From assembly GCA_028534125.1 (NCBI GenBank), contig CM052827.1, positions 67,828,001-67,892,000 on the forward strand: 64,000 bases of DNA, in the 5' to 3' direction. How positions within the stretch are numbered: the stretch's first letter is position 1; every line of letters begins with the position of its first letter. Below, piece by piece: positions 12,871 to 26,096 of the stretch. The notes under the pieces are model-generated. The model searched no databases. It was given only the letters and a program-made list of their open reading frames with translations, and was not told where the DNA came from. A program made the position numbers and the translations under genes. The stretch is from Lama glama. Lineage: Eukaryota.

Positions 12871-13690
12871 TGTGGTACAATAAAGAATATACTTGGTGTT
12901 GTCCCTGCTCCTGAAACAGAGCTCCTGAAACTTGGATTTACCTGAGTGATGGAGTGCCCTTGTTAAGTTAATGAAGCAGCCACCTGGGCCTCTAGACAGT
13001 TTCAGGATGAGGGCTGGACATCAGAGAGACTGACCATGTGTTTAGTGTGTTGAAAGTTTGGGCCAGCCTGACCTCTGGGATTGGGGGTTCCTAGAGATTG
13101 AGTTCAATCATGAGGCCAGTGATTCACTCAATCATGTCTATGTCGTGACACACCTGACTATGTTCTCTCCTAGACCTGACACCCCCTGACTCGGGGGGAG
13201 AGGGCCCTGAAGTCCTATGTTCTCTCCTAGACTTCCTCCTCGGCACCTCATGTAGCTGCTCTTGAGTTGCTGCTTCTTCTTCTTCTTCTTTTCTTTTTTT
13301 TTTTTTTTTGGTGGGGGGAGGTAATTAGGTTTACTTATTTATTCTTAGAGGAAGTGCTGGGGATTGAACCCAGGACCTCATGCATGCTAAGCATGCACTC
13401 TACCGCTTGAGCTATGACCTTCCCCCCAAGTTGCATCCTTTTTAATAAAACCGTGATCATTAGTTGAGCACTTTTTGAGCTCTTTGAGTCATTCTAGTGA
13501 ATTTTCAAACCTGAGGGAGTCATGGAACCCCCAACATTGTAGCCAGTTGGCAGAAGCGTGGTTGGCCTGGGGATCTCCCAAGACTCGTGGCAGCATTTGA
13601 GGTGAGGGCAGTCCTGTGCGGGACTTTGCCCTTAACCTGTGCAGCCTTGCTGCCCTGGGTAGTCAGTGTCAGAGCTGGCTTGGGTAGAAA
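12871..13690 (+). mobile_element. MER21-type LTR, interrupted by a SINE
   Basis: Start tgtggtacaataaagaatatacttgg...acagagctcctgaaac and end gggtagtcagtgtcaga resemble MER21. Confidence 0.7.
13271..13427 (-). mobile_element. Young tRNA-Ala-derived SINE (camelid type) with A-rich tail
   Basis: On the minus strand: A box TAGCTCAAGCGG, AGC anticodon arm, B box GGTTCAATCC, then an A/GAA tail. Residual TSD agttgc at 13265-13270 and 13429-13434. Confidence 0.85.
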
Positions 13691-15764
13691 CAGAGCTGAC
13701 GGTATTAAGATGCTGTTACTGGAATCCACAGAAATGGATCAAGCCACCAGCGCATGACTTTGTACATCAGCTGTAATGGAAAGATTGATTTATTAAAAGC
13801 CTCTCCAGGGCCACAGAGTAGCAACCTGTCTCCTCTAACCTGGCTTACATGGAACCTGCTAGGATGGCCTCATAGTGAGAAATCATGCCTGTGAGTCATT
13901 TACAGACGAGAGGAGTCAGAGTATTGTGACTAGCTTAGTGCAGGGCACTTTGAATGTATGGTGACCTATGGTCTTAATTCCATGAGGTCCTACCAACGGT
14001 TTATTTTGGCAGAAGACAAAAAAAGTGTCCTTTTCCACCTAGTGTCTCTGAGAAACATTCCACCTGGGCGAGGCAACCAGTTCTGGCTGACGTGTCACAA
14101 GCGAGTGCGTAGGTTATGTGCAAGGATTTGGAGTCCTCTACGCTGTCTGCATCCCCAGTAACGATTCTGGGAAGAGCTGAGCTGCGACTGCTGGTAGTAG
14201 TGGCTATGGGAGGAGGGAGGGCATTGCCTATTTGCTGTTCACCAAGCTATCCGTTTCCAATTTTGGTAGCAAAACATAGCAAGAGAGGGAGAGGAGAGAA
14301 GCCGCGGGCACTGAGCACCTGCTGCCTACAGGCTTGGTGTGAGTGCTTGCTTCATCCTGGTAACCCCCCCGAGGAGGCGGCCTTATCTCCACATTACAGA
14401 CTCTGCCGCTGTGGCTCTCAGCTCCCTGAGGTCTCCCGGCTGGTAAGTTAGAGGACAAGCGTTAGTCTTCAGGGCCGTCTGCCTCCAAATTTAAACTCTA
14501 CACTCAACTTTAGTGCCGAGGTTCCAGCTTCGGGCCCCGCCCTGGCACACCTGAGTTACACCCTGGGTTGGGAACACAGAAGGGTCATCTTGTCACCTGC
14601 GCCTGGCCGGTGGCAGGGAGAGTGCTGGCGGTGTGTCAACCAGCCCCAGCCCAGGCCCCGGGGCCAGATTCCCCGACAGGTCACGGACTGCCACCTGCAA
14701 GGCAAGGCTGAGAGCTTCTTGCAGCCTTTTCTCTCAGCATTCTTTTAGGCAAATTGGTGCCAATTCTGGGGCAGGCGGGGACAAGTCACCATCACAGCCT
14801 CCTAGAGACACGCGGTGCAGCTGCCCGGGGCTCCCCCTCTTCCCTGCATCACCTCTGCCCTCCTGCAAATAGCCAGCTGTGGCTCTGCCAGCCAGAAGCC
14901 TTGAGGGTGCCTCCCTCTGCCCTCAGAAGACTCACTCGTGGGCTCAACACAGGCTGAAACCACCCTGGGAGGCTGAGGCTGGGGCTCCGCAGTGTTATGT
15001 GTCTATTTGTCGTTAGTGAAGGGCCTTCCCCGCTGTGGTTGGCCAGGCGTCTAGCACTGGAGGTCCTGGAGTATAGTGTCCAGTCCCCTGGTGGCAAAGG
15101 CTCAAAGGTGCCAGACAAGACACGCTGATCTTGGCAGTGTCACCTGGCCACCAGCAGGGGGGGAAGCCCAGGACAGTGTGTCATCTGTCCAGAATTGTGC
15201 ACGGCCTGAGGCCTGGCGCCTGGGCCGCAGGCTGAGTGCAGCCGGTCCTGGACGACACCTCAGAATGAACACAGTCTCCCTCTTGTTTCCTAAGGTTTCA
15301 CAGCAGTTGATTTCCCATGGAAACAAGCAGAAATCTGTTTTAATCATCGGGCATTTTTAGTTTCCTAATTTGTGTGGGAACCTGGAGATACAGACATATG
15401 GTATGTTCATCATCCCAGAAAGCTACAGCGGAAAGAAATACAGTTAAAGCCAGTCTTAACCCTGGCAGGCTTCAGCCTCCGCCTCCAAATTACTTTTCTT
15501 AATCTCAAAGACTGTCAACAGTGCTGCCAAGAGACTCGGTTCTGTTTCAGCTCAGTCCTTCCAGCAGGATTTGCGTTTGAACCTCAGTGCAGCCTCCCCC
15601 ACAGCCCAGCCCAGCAGGCCGCTCTGGCAGTGGGGTGGGGACCCCCTTCTCACTGCTGAACCAGGTGGGTGCTGGCCGAATTTTTACCCTGACCCTTGCA
15701 CAGACTAGTCTTGTGACCTTGGGCTGAGTGAGCTTCTCGGTGCCTCTGTCCTCCTCTAAAAAAT

Positions 15765-16200
15765 TTCATTCAGTCATTTAACAAGCATTTATTGAGCATC
15801 TATTTTGTGGTGGGCCCTGTTCTAAGAGCTGGGAAGAGAGCAGTGAATGTTACGGGGTCCCTACCTTTGTGGAGCTTAGATGCTGCTTAGGGGAGATAAA
15901 CGAGAAAACAAATGGGTAGAAGGAATATGAGTTAGCTGGGACAAGGGTTGTGGGGAAAAGCCAAGCGGGGGGAGGGGATATCTGGGAAGGGAGATCACAG
16001 ACTTAAAAACACTGGTCCAGGAAGCGCTCACTGGAGAGGGAGCAGCTGAGAGAGGTGAGAGAGGCCACGTGGATGCTGGACATGGGAGGAAGAGAACTGG
16101 GGAGGAGGCCCTGAAACTGGAGGTGACCTGCTGTCTTTGAGGAACAGCAGGCAGTTCAGTGTGGCCATCCAGCCTACGGCGTTGTGTTACAGCCGTGTGG
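15765..16200 (-). mobile_element. L2 LINE 3' end
   Basis: ttcattcagtcatttaacaagcatttattgagcatcta is the canonical L2 tail in reverse. Confidence 0.75.
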
Positions 16201-16587
16201 ATGGACTGGGACACCGGCTAGCGTTGGAAAGAGGGTGTTTATGACTAAGGGCGTCAGGAGATCACAGGAGGAGAACGTCTGTGCACATATCGGTTTGCAG
16301 CAGCTTTCTGGGCCCTGAAAGGAGATGGCTGTGAAGCTGGAATTAAACAGTGGGAATTATAATGTCTAGCTGGCAAGGGTGCCCAGGGCCTGGCTCACAG
16401 TGGGACTCGATGAATCTTAGCTTGCTTTCTTTATCTTAAGGACAAGAACTCTGTATTATTACTCTTTGTAGTCTGTGCACAATAATCTTACTTACATCTA
16501 GATTTGGATTTAGTCACTTTCTATACTGATATTTCTAAGGTACTGGAGGCTTAAGGGTCAGGTCGAGGTAAAGTTAAGACTTCAACC

Positions 16588-17200
16588 TAGAACAGTGCTG
16601 CCAAGTCGAAACAGAATGCCAGCCACATGGGTATTTTAAGCTTTCTAGGATCCACATTTTAAAAAATGAAAAGAAAGCTATGTGCAAACTTGTGCTTGCC
16701 AAGGGGGCGGGGGGTGGGAAGGGACAGACTGGGAGCTCGAAATTTGTAGATACTGACAGGCATATGCAGAATAGATAAACAAGACTATACTGTACAGCAC
16801 AGGGAAATATATATATAAGATCTTGTGGTAGCTCACAGCGAAAAAAATGTGGCAGTGAATATATGTACGTTCAAGTATAACTGAAAAATTGTGCTCTACA
16901 CTGGAAAACGACACAACATTGTAAACTGACTAAAACTCAACTAAAAAAATGTTAAAAAAGAAAAGAAAGAAAGCTATGAGATTGATTTTAATTATATTAC
17001 TTAACCCCAAATACTCAAACTTATCCTTTCAACATGTAATCAATATAAAAATATTGGTGTGTCTTATTGTTTTTAGCTAATTCTTTGAAATCCAGCATGC
17101 ATTTTACGCCTGCAGAACACCTCAGTTGGAACTAGTCCCACTTCAAGAGCCTGGTGGCCACGTGCGGCCGGCGGCCGTCATACCAGGCGGCGCGGTCCTG
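16588..17200. mobile_element. MER33-like hAT DNA transposon, split by an L1 insertion
   Basis: MER33-like motifs on both sides of the L1 (agccacatggg...tttcaacatgtaatcaatataaaaat...tggccacgtgcggc). Confidence 0.7.
16683..16965 (+). mobile_element. 5'-truncated young L1 3' end with 13-bp TSD
   Basis: L1 3'UTR motifs, A-rich tail, and exact TSD aaagaaagctatg at 16670-16682 and 16966-16978. Confidence 0.85.
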
Positions 17201-17945
17201 CTGATGGAGGGGTCTCCCTCTCTCGCGTCATAATTCTGCAAGCCTGACATCCGGCTGAAGAAACGTGGTGTGTTTTGTCAGTCAGGCTCAGACCTGATGT
17301 GTTCCTTTGCTTTCTATGGTAAGCAGTTAGGTGGTGGCTATTCCTGAACACGCTGAAAATAGGATCTCGAGCCATCTTTATGCCTCACCCACTTGGAACG
17401 GCAAATTGCCCCACCAAGCACCAGCTGCCCCTGTTCTCACTCCCCGCAGGTAGAGGCACAGCCCAGAGCACGAGGGGAAGGTCCAGTAACAAGACTTCTG
17501 CTTGTGAGGGCGGCCACCCTAAAGGCCGCTCTTAAACTCGTTGGCTTTCTCTGGTTTTATGGTGGAAATTGCTGTGATGAAAAAGCATAAAAATGCTAGA
17601 GTGGAGCACAAATAACACAAATTCATGGCAGTAGATCTTCTAGGAAATGGCATCGACCGGAAATAAAAATAAAGGGAAAACTATCCTGGAAAATGTAGAG
17701 CTCTCAGTCACAGAATAGGTGGAACCTTAACTTACCTCAGCTCATAAAAATGACTTCGTGTACTTTTGCTGACTTGACCACGTCTCTGACTTACAAAATT
17801 CCTCCCTAACTCCAGAATGTTAGTACTGGAACTTAAAGGGGAGAAATACCACAAGGAATATGGTTCTAAGCACTTTCTATGTATTAATTCACTTAATCCT
17901 TATAACAGTCCAATGCCCCTTGTCATAAACCTGCAACAGATTTGA

Positions 17946-18277
17946 CCTGTGTGAACAAACAAACAAACATACAAATACCGGAGAGTAAAATGGTGGTTAC
18001 CAAGGGATGGGGGGGGCGCAGAATAAGACTGATGGCACTGAAGCGTGCAAACCTGTAACGAGTAGGAGGTTAGCCACAGATCTGACGCTCAGTGCAATGA
18101 ATACAGACAGTAATACTGTGCTGTAAGTATGTCGTAGATAAATGCCGTTACGATGGCAATCATACAATATATAAATATATAAAATTAATCTGATGTGCAT
18201 CTTAAATTTATAGAATGTTATGTGTCAAGTTTATCCAATAAATAATAAGAAGAAAAAGAAAAGTTAAAAGAAACACT
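17946..18277 (+). mobile_element. Older L1 3' end with TSD
   Basis: L1M-like 3'UTR (gagagtaaaatggtggttaccaaggg...cttaaatttatagaatgttatgtgtcaa), A-rich tail, and TSD aacagatttga at 17935-17945 and 18278-18288. Confidence 0.75.
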
Positions 18278-20061
18278 AACAGATTTGAATCTCAGCTCTG
18301 TCACTTGCTGGTTAGGAAACTCTCCGAGACACAACTTTCTGCTATTTAAAATATGAATAATGACTCAATTCAGAAGGCTGTTGTGAGAATTAACTCGAGG
18401 TGACGTGTTAAATGTGCATACGACAGTGCCTGATACGGTAAGCTTTCCATCAACATTTCTACTATTACTGGGGACAAATGGCCACTTTACAAACCTTGAG
18501 GAGAGCGGTTACAAGTGCTCTACAGCGGAGAGGCCACAGCATTAGAAGCTCTTCTTCTAGCTGTTAGCAAGCTGTTATTAGTGGTTTTCGAGAACCGCCA
18601 TCCCCCTTGTCCATGTATTAGACAGTTGTGGAGTCCCTGCTAACCTTCAAGGCATTGGACACTCTTTCTAGAGCATTCCCACATGACTATCATTTTTAAA
18701 GTAATTTTAAGATCGGCAATACATGCACATAATGCAAATTAAAAGAAAGTACAAAAAGATGTGCAGAGAAAAGGGTATACAGTGTTACTGTCTTTTCGTG
18801 TATCCACCAGAGATGTTCTGTGATCCCTGAGCTTACACACACACACGCTTTCAAATATATTCTATAGAATCTATTGTTTTTATTGAGATACAGTGCTGGC
18901 TGGGGTCTCCGCAGGGACACTTCCTCACAGGCTCACAAGTCGCTGTTGACTCTGCTAGTGATCGTCTCACCAAAGGCCCAGAGGGGTGTCAGTAACCAGG
19001 TGCGAGCAAGCAGCATGCGCGCCTGTGTCAGGAGCTGCGGGAGAGAGTGAGCTCGCGCCTCGTGGTGCCTTTGTTTCCTGTGTGTCTTCGTGCTGCTGTT
19101 TCACAACAGTCAGGTTTCTGTGCCACTTATTTAGAGAAAGGTCAGGTAAATGGTTGCGCGGCTTGTATTTGCTCTTATCTCTCAATCTGCTCATTGGCAA
19201 CACTGTGCTCTGTCACCCAGAGAGCATGGGTCTGGCTGATCCACGATAGAGAATCCGGTTGCTGGCCCTTTTCTCATCCTGGACTTTATAACCTGAGAAC
19301 ACAGTTTTAATGATATCTCCACAGCAAAACAATCAATCTGAATATTTAACACATTTTATTAAAAATACGATTTTTCCAGAAATATACAGGTATAAACTAA
19401 TTAATTAAAATGTTACGTTGTTTATTATTAAAGAAAAGAAGCAAGTGGTGAGTAAGAAGGGTGCTCAGGGACGGAGGGCAAAGCTAGTGAGTGACCCGGT
19501 GCTAGACGTGGCTCTAAGAATTTTCAGTGTGCTGTCCTATTAAAATTTCCCAACCAGTTATTCCCTCCCATTTTGCAGCTGAGAAATGGACATGTGGGAA
19601 AGTTAAGTGACATGCCCAAGGTAACATGGATAGAAAGTCGAGGAGGCAGGATTTCGAGGTCCTAAGCCCAACGACCTCCACCCTCGGGGTGGGGACAAAA
19701 GGATCAGGCGCCCAGGATGGTGGGGAGGGCCTGAATTGCCAGTTGTTCTAAATGCTCTAGGAGGCGGGGGAGGTGAGATCTGAAAACCCTAACGATTGCA
19801 ACATCAGATACAACACCCACAGAGCGGGGACCGCAGTCGACGACTCTTCTCTGCCTCAGCAGCTCTGCAGACCTGGGACTTCACACGTGCACAGAGGTCG
19901 GCCCTGAGACCAGCACACAGCGTTATGCTGGGGAAGACAGCGTTCTACCCTCGGTGCTGCCTCACTTAAGGAGCTAAGTGGAGATCAGTCATAAGGACCT
20001 GAGCACATAACCAAGATTTTTATAAAAAAAAATCAGACATGCTCTTCAGGTCCAGAGCTAC

Positions 20062-20422
20062 TGTTGTCTCCGTCAGTTCGGGCTGCTCTAGCAGAATACA
20101 CAGACGGGGGTCTCACACAACAACTTGCTTCTCACAGTTCCAGAGGCTCCAAGTCCAAGGTCGACAAGTCGCCCGTCCAGTTCTTGGTGACGACCGTCCT
20201 CCTTGCCTGCAGACAGCTGATGTTTTGCAAGACAGGGAGAGGGCGAGAGCCCCAGACTCGTCCTCTTCTTGTACGGACACTAACCCTTTCGAGGAGGCTC
20301 GGCCCTCACGACCCCACCTAACCCTAATTACTCCCCAAAGCCCCGCCTCCTAACGCCATCACACTGGGAGTCAGGGTTTCAACACATGCATTTTGGGGGG
20401 ACACAGACATTCAGTCCTTAAC
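20062..20422 (-). mobile_element. MaLR MLT1A/B-like solo LTR
   Basis: ttctcacagttccagaggc...ccatcacactgggag...ttttggggggacacagacattcagtccttaaca. Confidence 0.8.
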
Positions 20423-22289
20423 ACCAACGATGACAAAACGACACAGGCATGCAGAGTTTGGCAGCTGGCAGAGAAACTTTATGCAGATCACCTCACTTGC
20501 CCCACGTGGAAGCTGTCTGTACGTTAGCTGTCTTCAGTTTCCCTGCTTGACAGATGAGGAAGCTGAGTTGAGAAGGACTCGGTGACCTCCCCGAGGTCAC
20601 ACAGCCAGTGAGCGGCAGTGGTGGGGTGCAAACTCAGGTCTCCTCATTCCAGTCCCCTGTTCTTTCAGCCGCGTCGGGAGTCAGACCGCTTGGCCCCGAG
20701 TATCAGCAGCAGCAAAGCGGGAGCAGCAGCTGGCGTTCACTCAGCGCCCCAGCGTGTGCCTTCTCTCTGAAGACGTCATCTCCCAACTGTGCACACTTAC
20801 TCCAGTTCACGTCCCTGAGGAAACCTAAAATGACCAGGATTAAGTCACTTTCCAAGAACACACAGTTAGTATATGACAGAACAAGTATTCGAACCAGGTC
20901 TGGCTGAATCTAAAGGTCGCGTTCAAATGCTCTGCTCCAGTGGCCTTTGACATGCTCTCTGAAGAACAGTATGTGAGATGAACATGTTCCGTTAGCTGTA
21001 CTTATAGAAACGTCAGAAATGAATGTCTTGCCCTTTAAAAGCGCTGGAGTCCTACAATGTACTCTATTGTGGAAGTCCCGAGTTTTAGGCGCTGCAGATG
21101 GAGGACAGATGTTCCTTTATGCTCTGAAAGGTCCACTCCGTGCAGCTGACCATAATGAGATTGCATCTTGTTCCGAACGTTTCAGAGAAATGGCATCAGA
21201 TGATTCCAAATGGAGGCTGAACTGAAGGAGCGATGGCGTAGATTTGATGAGAACAACAGCAGGATGTTACCCGGTGGTTTGGGGGGAGCCTTTCACTTCA
21301 GGGCTCATACTGAACCACACATTTTCAGACGTGCTGTACCCTGACATTCAGCCCGAAGGCCGAGAACGGCACGTCCGTCTGACGGCGACGTCTGTGAGGG
21401 GGTGTGGAGGGCTAAGTCTGAGCAGTGCGTAGCTGAACTTTCAGAACGATGCAGAATTACAAGCAGCGTAACGGCCCCAAGGCATGGAGAGCGAGGGAGA
21501 ACTTTGCTGTGACAGGTGTGACTGTTCAGACACACAGATAAATCCTGTGGGGTCAGCAGTTACAGCTCGGCGCCTGAGCGTCTCGGGGAAGAAGAATTAG
21601 ACTTTCAGACAGTATTTCGCAGCCTGTGCTGTGTTTTGGAGTAGTGACTGCAACCGGTAAAGAAGTTGCTCGGGGCCGACGCACGTGTGCATGTGGTTGT
21701 GACTGAGCTGGTTTCCGGGCAGGAAGCCCATCTGTGCTCCAGAGAGAGTCACAGCGTCTCAGAGCCCAAAACTGGCCTTACAGCCACCTGGCTCAGCGCT
21801 CCTCATCTTGGTGAAGAGGAGGCTGAAGTGGGCCCAGGAAGGGTTAGCGACAGCCTGCCGTCGGCCTGAGCGCTCCCTGAAGGCCTGAAGGGCCCAGCTC
21901 TAGGTGGCGCTTGCAGACTCGGTTCAGTTTTTGCGCCGTGTCGAAGAACACAAACCCTGGAATCAGATCTGGGCTCTAAACCAGGTTTCTTGGCTTATTA
22001 GCTGGTGTGTTTTCGTGAAACATTCGGCTTTCTCAAGCCCCAGTTCCCTCACCTGGAGAGCGAGCAGATTTCCGTACTTCAGCCTCACCACACCCTCAGA
22101 GAGCCCCAGGCTCCACTTCCTCGCGCTGCTTCCCCGCCCGCAAGCCTCCAGGGACTTCCCGTTGCTGTCACAGTCCGTCCACGAAAGTGCCCGCTAGCAG
22201 TGTCTGGCGCGGACGCTTGTCCTTCTACTCCCTGGCCGACCCACTGGCCCCGGGACAAGGCTTGCCAAAGCCTGGCTTCCGCCTTCCAT

Positions 22290-22740
22290 TCTCTCTGCAC
22301 CTACACGGTGCTACGCACCCTACTAGTTGAAGGGGATACTGAGACGGATAAGATTTGGTTTCTGTTGTCAATTTAGTGTGGAGGAAATCTAAAAATAACC
22401 TCAGTGCGCTGTTACAAAGGTTAGGAATACAAGCACCAAACTCCAGCTTGGGAGAAGGAAGGTGGTCAGAGACAAAATGGTGTTTTGTCGTAGTCTTGAA
22501 GAATAAATGGCGGTTTGATAGACAGACGGACAGATAATCTTCCAAATTTATATGGAAAGAAGGGACTTCTGACTGAGAGAAGAGCATGGGCAGAGGCATG
22601 GAGATTTAGGAAGGCCTGGAACAGGGAACCGGCATGCGTTCCATGCCATGCACCTGCAGGAGAGCACGTGGGACGTCCAGCACTGCCCAGAGGATTTGGA
22701 TTCTGGCCAAAAGAAAACCACTGGGGTCAGGTCACAGTGC
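22290..22740 (-). mobile_element. Degenerate L2 fragment
   Basis: Weak L2-like motifs in reverse orientation. Confidence 0.4.
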
Positions 22741-25700
22741 TGCTTTGTTAAACCCCACAAGGCACCAAAGGGCCAGAACACTCGCATCTGCAGTGAGTCA
22801 CACGTAAGAAACTGCGTCTCCTTCTCAAGGTACTAAGGCGGGGGGCCTCTCGTACTGGGTGGCGGGGTGAAAAAGTCAGCATGGTTACATTTCTGCTGCT
22901 GTCACCATTCCAGTCATGCAGCGTTGGATTTAATTTTCTCAGCCTTCTCTCTACAGCTAGGAGGGACAAGACTTCTTCCTTTAAATGACACTGCTTGGCT
23001 GTGGGAGACAGACAAGAGTGTGCCTGTGGTGCCTGGTCTCAGAGAAGACCTTCCCACCCTGTTGTCAGCAGTGCCCTGAGCGGTGGCGGATAAGCACTTG
23101 TTAACAGTGGGGGCCCGTCATGTCATCCTTTGCACGGTGACTTGGCTGCCCAATGGCTTCCAAGGAGATGCAGGTCTGCCCAGGGCGTGGGTGGTTTTCT
23201 CCACCGTCCCTTGGTTGTCCCTCCTCTTCATGTTAAGAGGAGGATGAGAGGGAGGGAAGAAAGGGCCCATGTGCTCCTGAGGGATGTGTCACAGTCTCCT
23301 TTCCTTGGTCCAATGTAGCTTTGTCATTCAAAGGGGAACATCCCCTTCATGTGTCAACCAGTCGGATGGTCAGATATTCATGGAGAACCTCAAAGCCAGA
23401 TGCAGAGGCTTCTGGTAGCCGTGGAGCCTCTCCACACCAGGTTTACAGTCTGTTCAGGAACACGGACACCAAACAAGTCGGAGTTACCAAGGTGATGGCT
23501 ATCCAAAAGCAGAGTGCCAGCTCCCGTGAGAACACACAACAGGGGGGCCAAGCGTGGGCCTGGCTGGGGAGGTGCTACCCGGAGGAAGTGACCGTATAAC
23601 CAGAGAAATGGATGAACAGGAGTTAGATAAACGGATCAAGGAAGAGCCTTCCAGGCAGAGAGAAACACAGGGGTGAAGACTGAGGTTGGAAAGATATTTT
23701 AAAAGATTTTTCTACCATCTTTGGAGGAAAACTCACTAGAGCTAACATGAGGTGAGCACCCACGAGGGTCAGACAAGATGCTAAGCATTTTACATTATCT
23801 CCTGGAATCCTCCTGAGACTGAGCGAGCTTTGTTTCCCCGAGGGTGGGACCCTGTTGGTCTTGTCCTGACCCATCCTCCATACCTAAGGCAGCACCTGGC
23901 TAGGAGCAGGCACTAAATATTTGCAGAATAGAATTTACGTTTTGCAGATAAAGAAACTGAGGCTCAGAGAGATAAGGTCACCCAGTCCTACTGGTAGAGA
24001 GAAGGCTCCACCCAGGGCGCAGCCAAGAGCCGTTCCAGCAGCCGGCTGACAGTCCAGCTGTAAGACAGCGGTCTTGCTCTCTCCTCTTCTGGGCACAGCA
24101 AAGGCCCCGACCCGGCCTGGATCAGTCCTGAGCCGGGCACCAGAGCACAGAGTAGGTGCACAGAGCAGGCGAACGGCATGCAGCTCCAGGACAGCCCACC
24201 AGGGGTCAGTCTGCCCTTGGCGCTGGCGACACCTCTCAGGGTCCCCAAGCCTGGAGTGTCTCTCCAACTAGCAGCCGAAGGAACTGAAGGAACACTGAGG
24301 CCCAGAGGCCCACGGAACAGGAACCAGAAGACTGAAAACTTGGAGGCGTGCGTTGGCCCCAGGTGAGACTCTGGGCTGCACAGCAGTGGTGATGGACCAG
24401 CCTCAGAGTTCATGCTTCGGTGTTCAAGCCCCAGAGGGCTGAGCGCCTCCCAGATAACTTTCCACCGGTGCCACCCGAGGCCCTTTCTCCTTCCTGGGAA
24501 GCGTGACCTGAGAGGACGAGGCCCCCTGGAAGTGTTCCTACCTGCCCTGCCCTAGATGGCGCCTCCTCCCCGCGCACCTGCCTCTCCTGACGGGAGGCTC
24601 TGCAGAGCCACCCTCTGAAACAGTCCCATCCTCCTCCTCTTGCCATGATGCTTCAGGCTCTTCGGTGAATAAAAGGCTTGTTCATATGCCCTAGAAGTGA
24701 GTCATTTCAAAACCTAAAAAAGTAAGTGCATGACATGCCCAAACGCTTAATACTCAGTGTTAACCCTGACTGACACTTCCCGCCCGCTGAGCATTTTATG
24801 TAGATCAGAATACTGGAGTTGGAAGGCACCCCAGGGACCACTGAGGCTCACCCGCATTAGGCTCCCTCCGCCCAGGACCCGGAGCACACAGCACGCGCAG
24901 GGGACAGTGGAAAAGGCAGCGTGCTGACGCCTAGGAGTCACTGGTCTCCCACGTTCTCTCCCACTGTGAGCTGGCCAAGCTCCGAGCCACAGCTCATCCT
25001 GAGCAACACGCGGATTTCCTGCAGACCCTCTGGTCAGGGACTCGGCCGGAGCCTCCGCTGGCTATGCGAGGCAGCCCCGGGCTGTGGGCTCGTTTCCAGT
25101 CTGCAAAAAAAAAAAAAAACTCTGTAGGTGCTTGTCTCTGAGCTGGAGGAATTAGACTCACCCCCAGAAAGAAAGAGGGAGGTGGGCCAGCTGCTTTCAT
25201 CTTTTAGAAGAGCACAAAAAACAGCTAAGGTGAAGGTGCAGAGTCACTTGGTGAGTCACCTTCTTCTCCTGAGCCCAGTGCAAGGAGGAGGGCCCATGAG
25301 AGCGGCAGCCCCACTGTGTGGAGGGCCTTGGACGTGCTGATCTGGGTGCTCAGTGGGCCCGACACACCCCCTATCTTGAAGGGCAGGCACATTCTGAAGA
25401 AGCCAAGGGGAAATGCAAAGTGAACCAGTGCTTTGGGGAGTCAGTGCTCAGAGCCCCGTTAAGGCTTTCTCCAGGCGTAAATGTGTGTTCAGCCACAAGG
25501 CAGGGACAGGGAGGGACACACCATCGTTTTGGGGTAAGGAACATGGCTTCTCATCTGGAGCACGGCACGAATTCAGTAGGGACAGCATAGCCCGTCCCTC
25601 CTCCTCCTCCTCACCCTCCCGACGTCCACATCAGCAGAGCACCTTCAGAACAAGTCCAGCCTGAGCTGTGCCCGGTAGTCCCTCTGCAGCTCTAAACGCT

Positions 25701-26041
25701 CTAAGTGCACCATCTCCCTACGTACATCAAGACTCCCAGGGAGTTAAACTGGAACTACAGTTCTGTACAAAACCCAAGCTGACTGGGAGCCCCCTCTGCA
25801 CCTTGAAACGAGAACCAGAACGTCGGCAGCTCTCTTTAACAGGATGAGGTCTTCATCCAACGTCTCCCACAGGGTCTGAAATTCAGAATGGCACTCTGCT
25901 CCAAGGAGAGCCCACGTGCTCACAGTTTAGGTCAGGACGTTAAAATAAGGGGCCTGCTGTTGGGAAAAGAACCACAAGGTTTAAAATTACATTAGTCCTT
26001 GGGGTGAAATTGCTGTATTTATACTACAGGGTGTTGAGGAC

Positions 26042-26096
26042 TGTGTGTGTGTGTGTGTGCGCGCGCGCGTGTGTGTGTGTGTGTGTGTGTGTGTGT
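26042..26096. repeat. Compound microsatellite (TG)n(CG)n(TG)n
   Basis: 55 bp of uninterrupted alternating purine-pyrimidine sequence. Confidence 0.95.

Noticed and set aside
13350-13427. Apparent tRNA-Ala(AGC) gene
   Set aside because: It is a SINE head: it continues into an A-rich tail, has a TSD, sits inside an LTR, and has a related copy at 38.9 kb.
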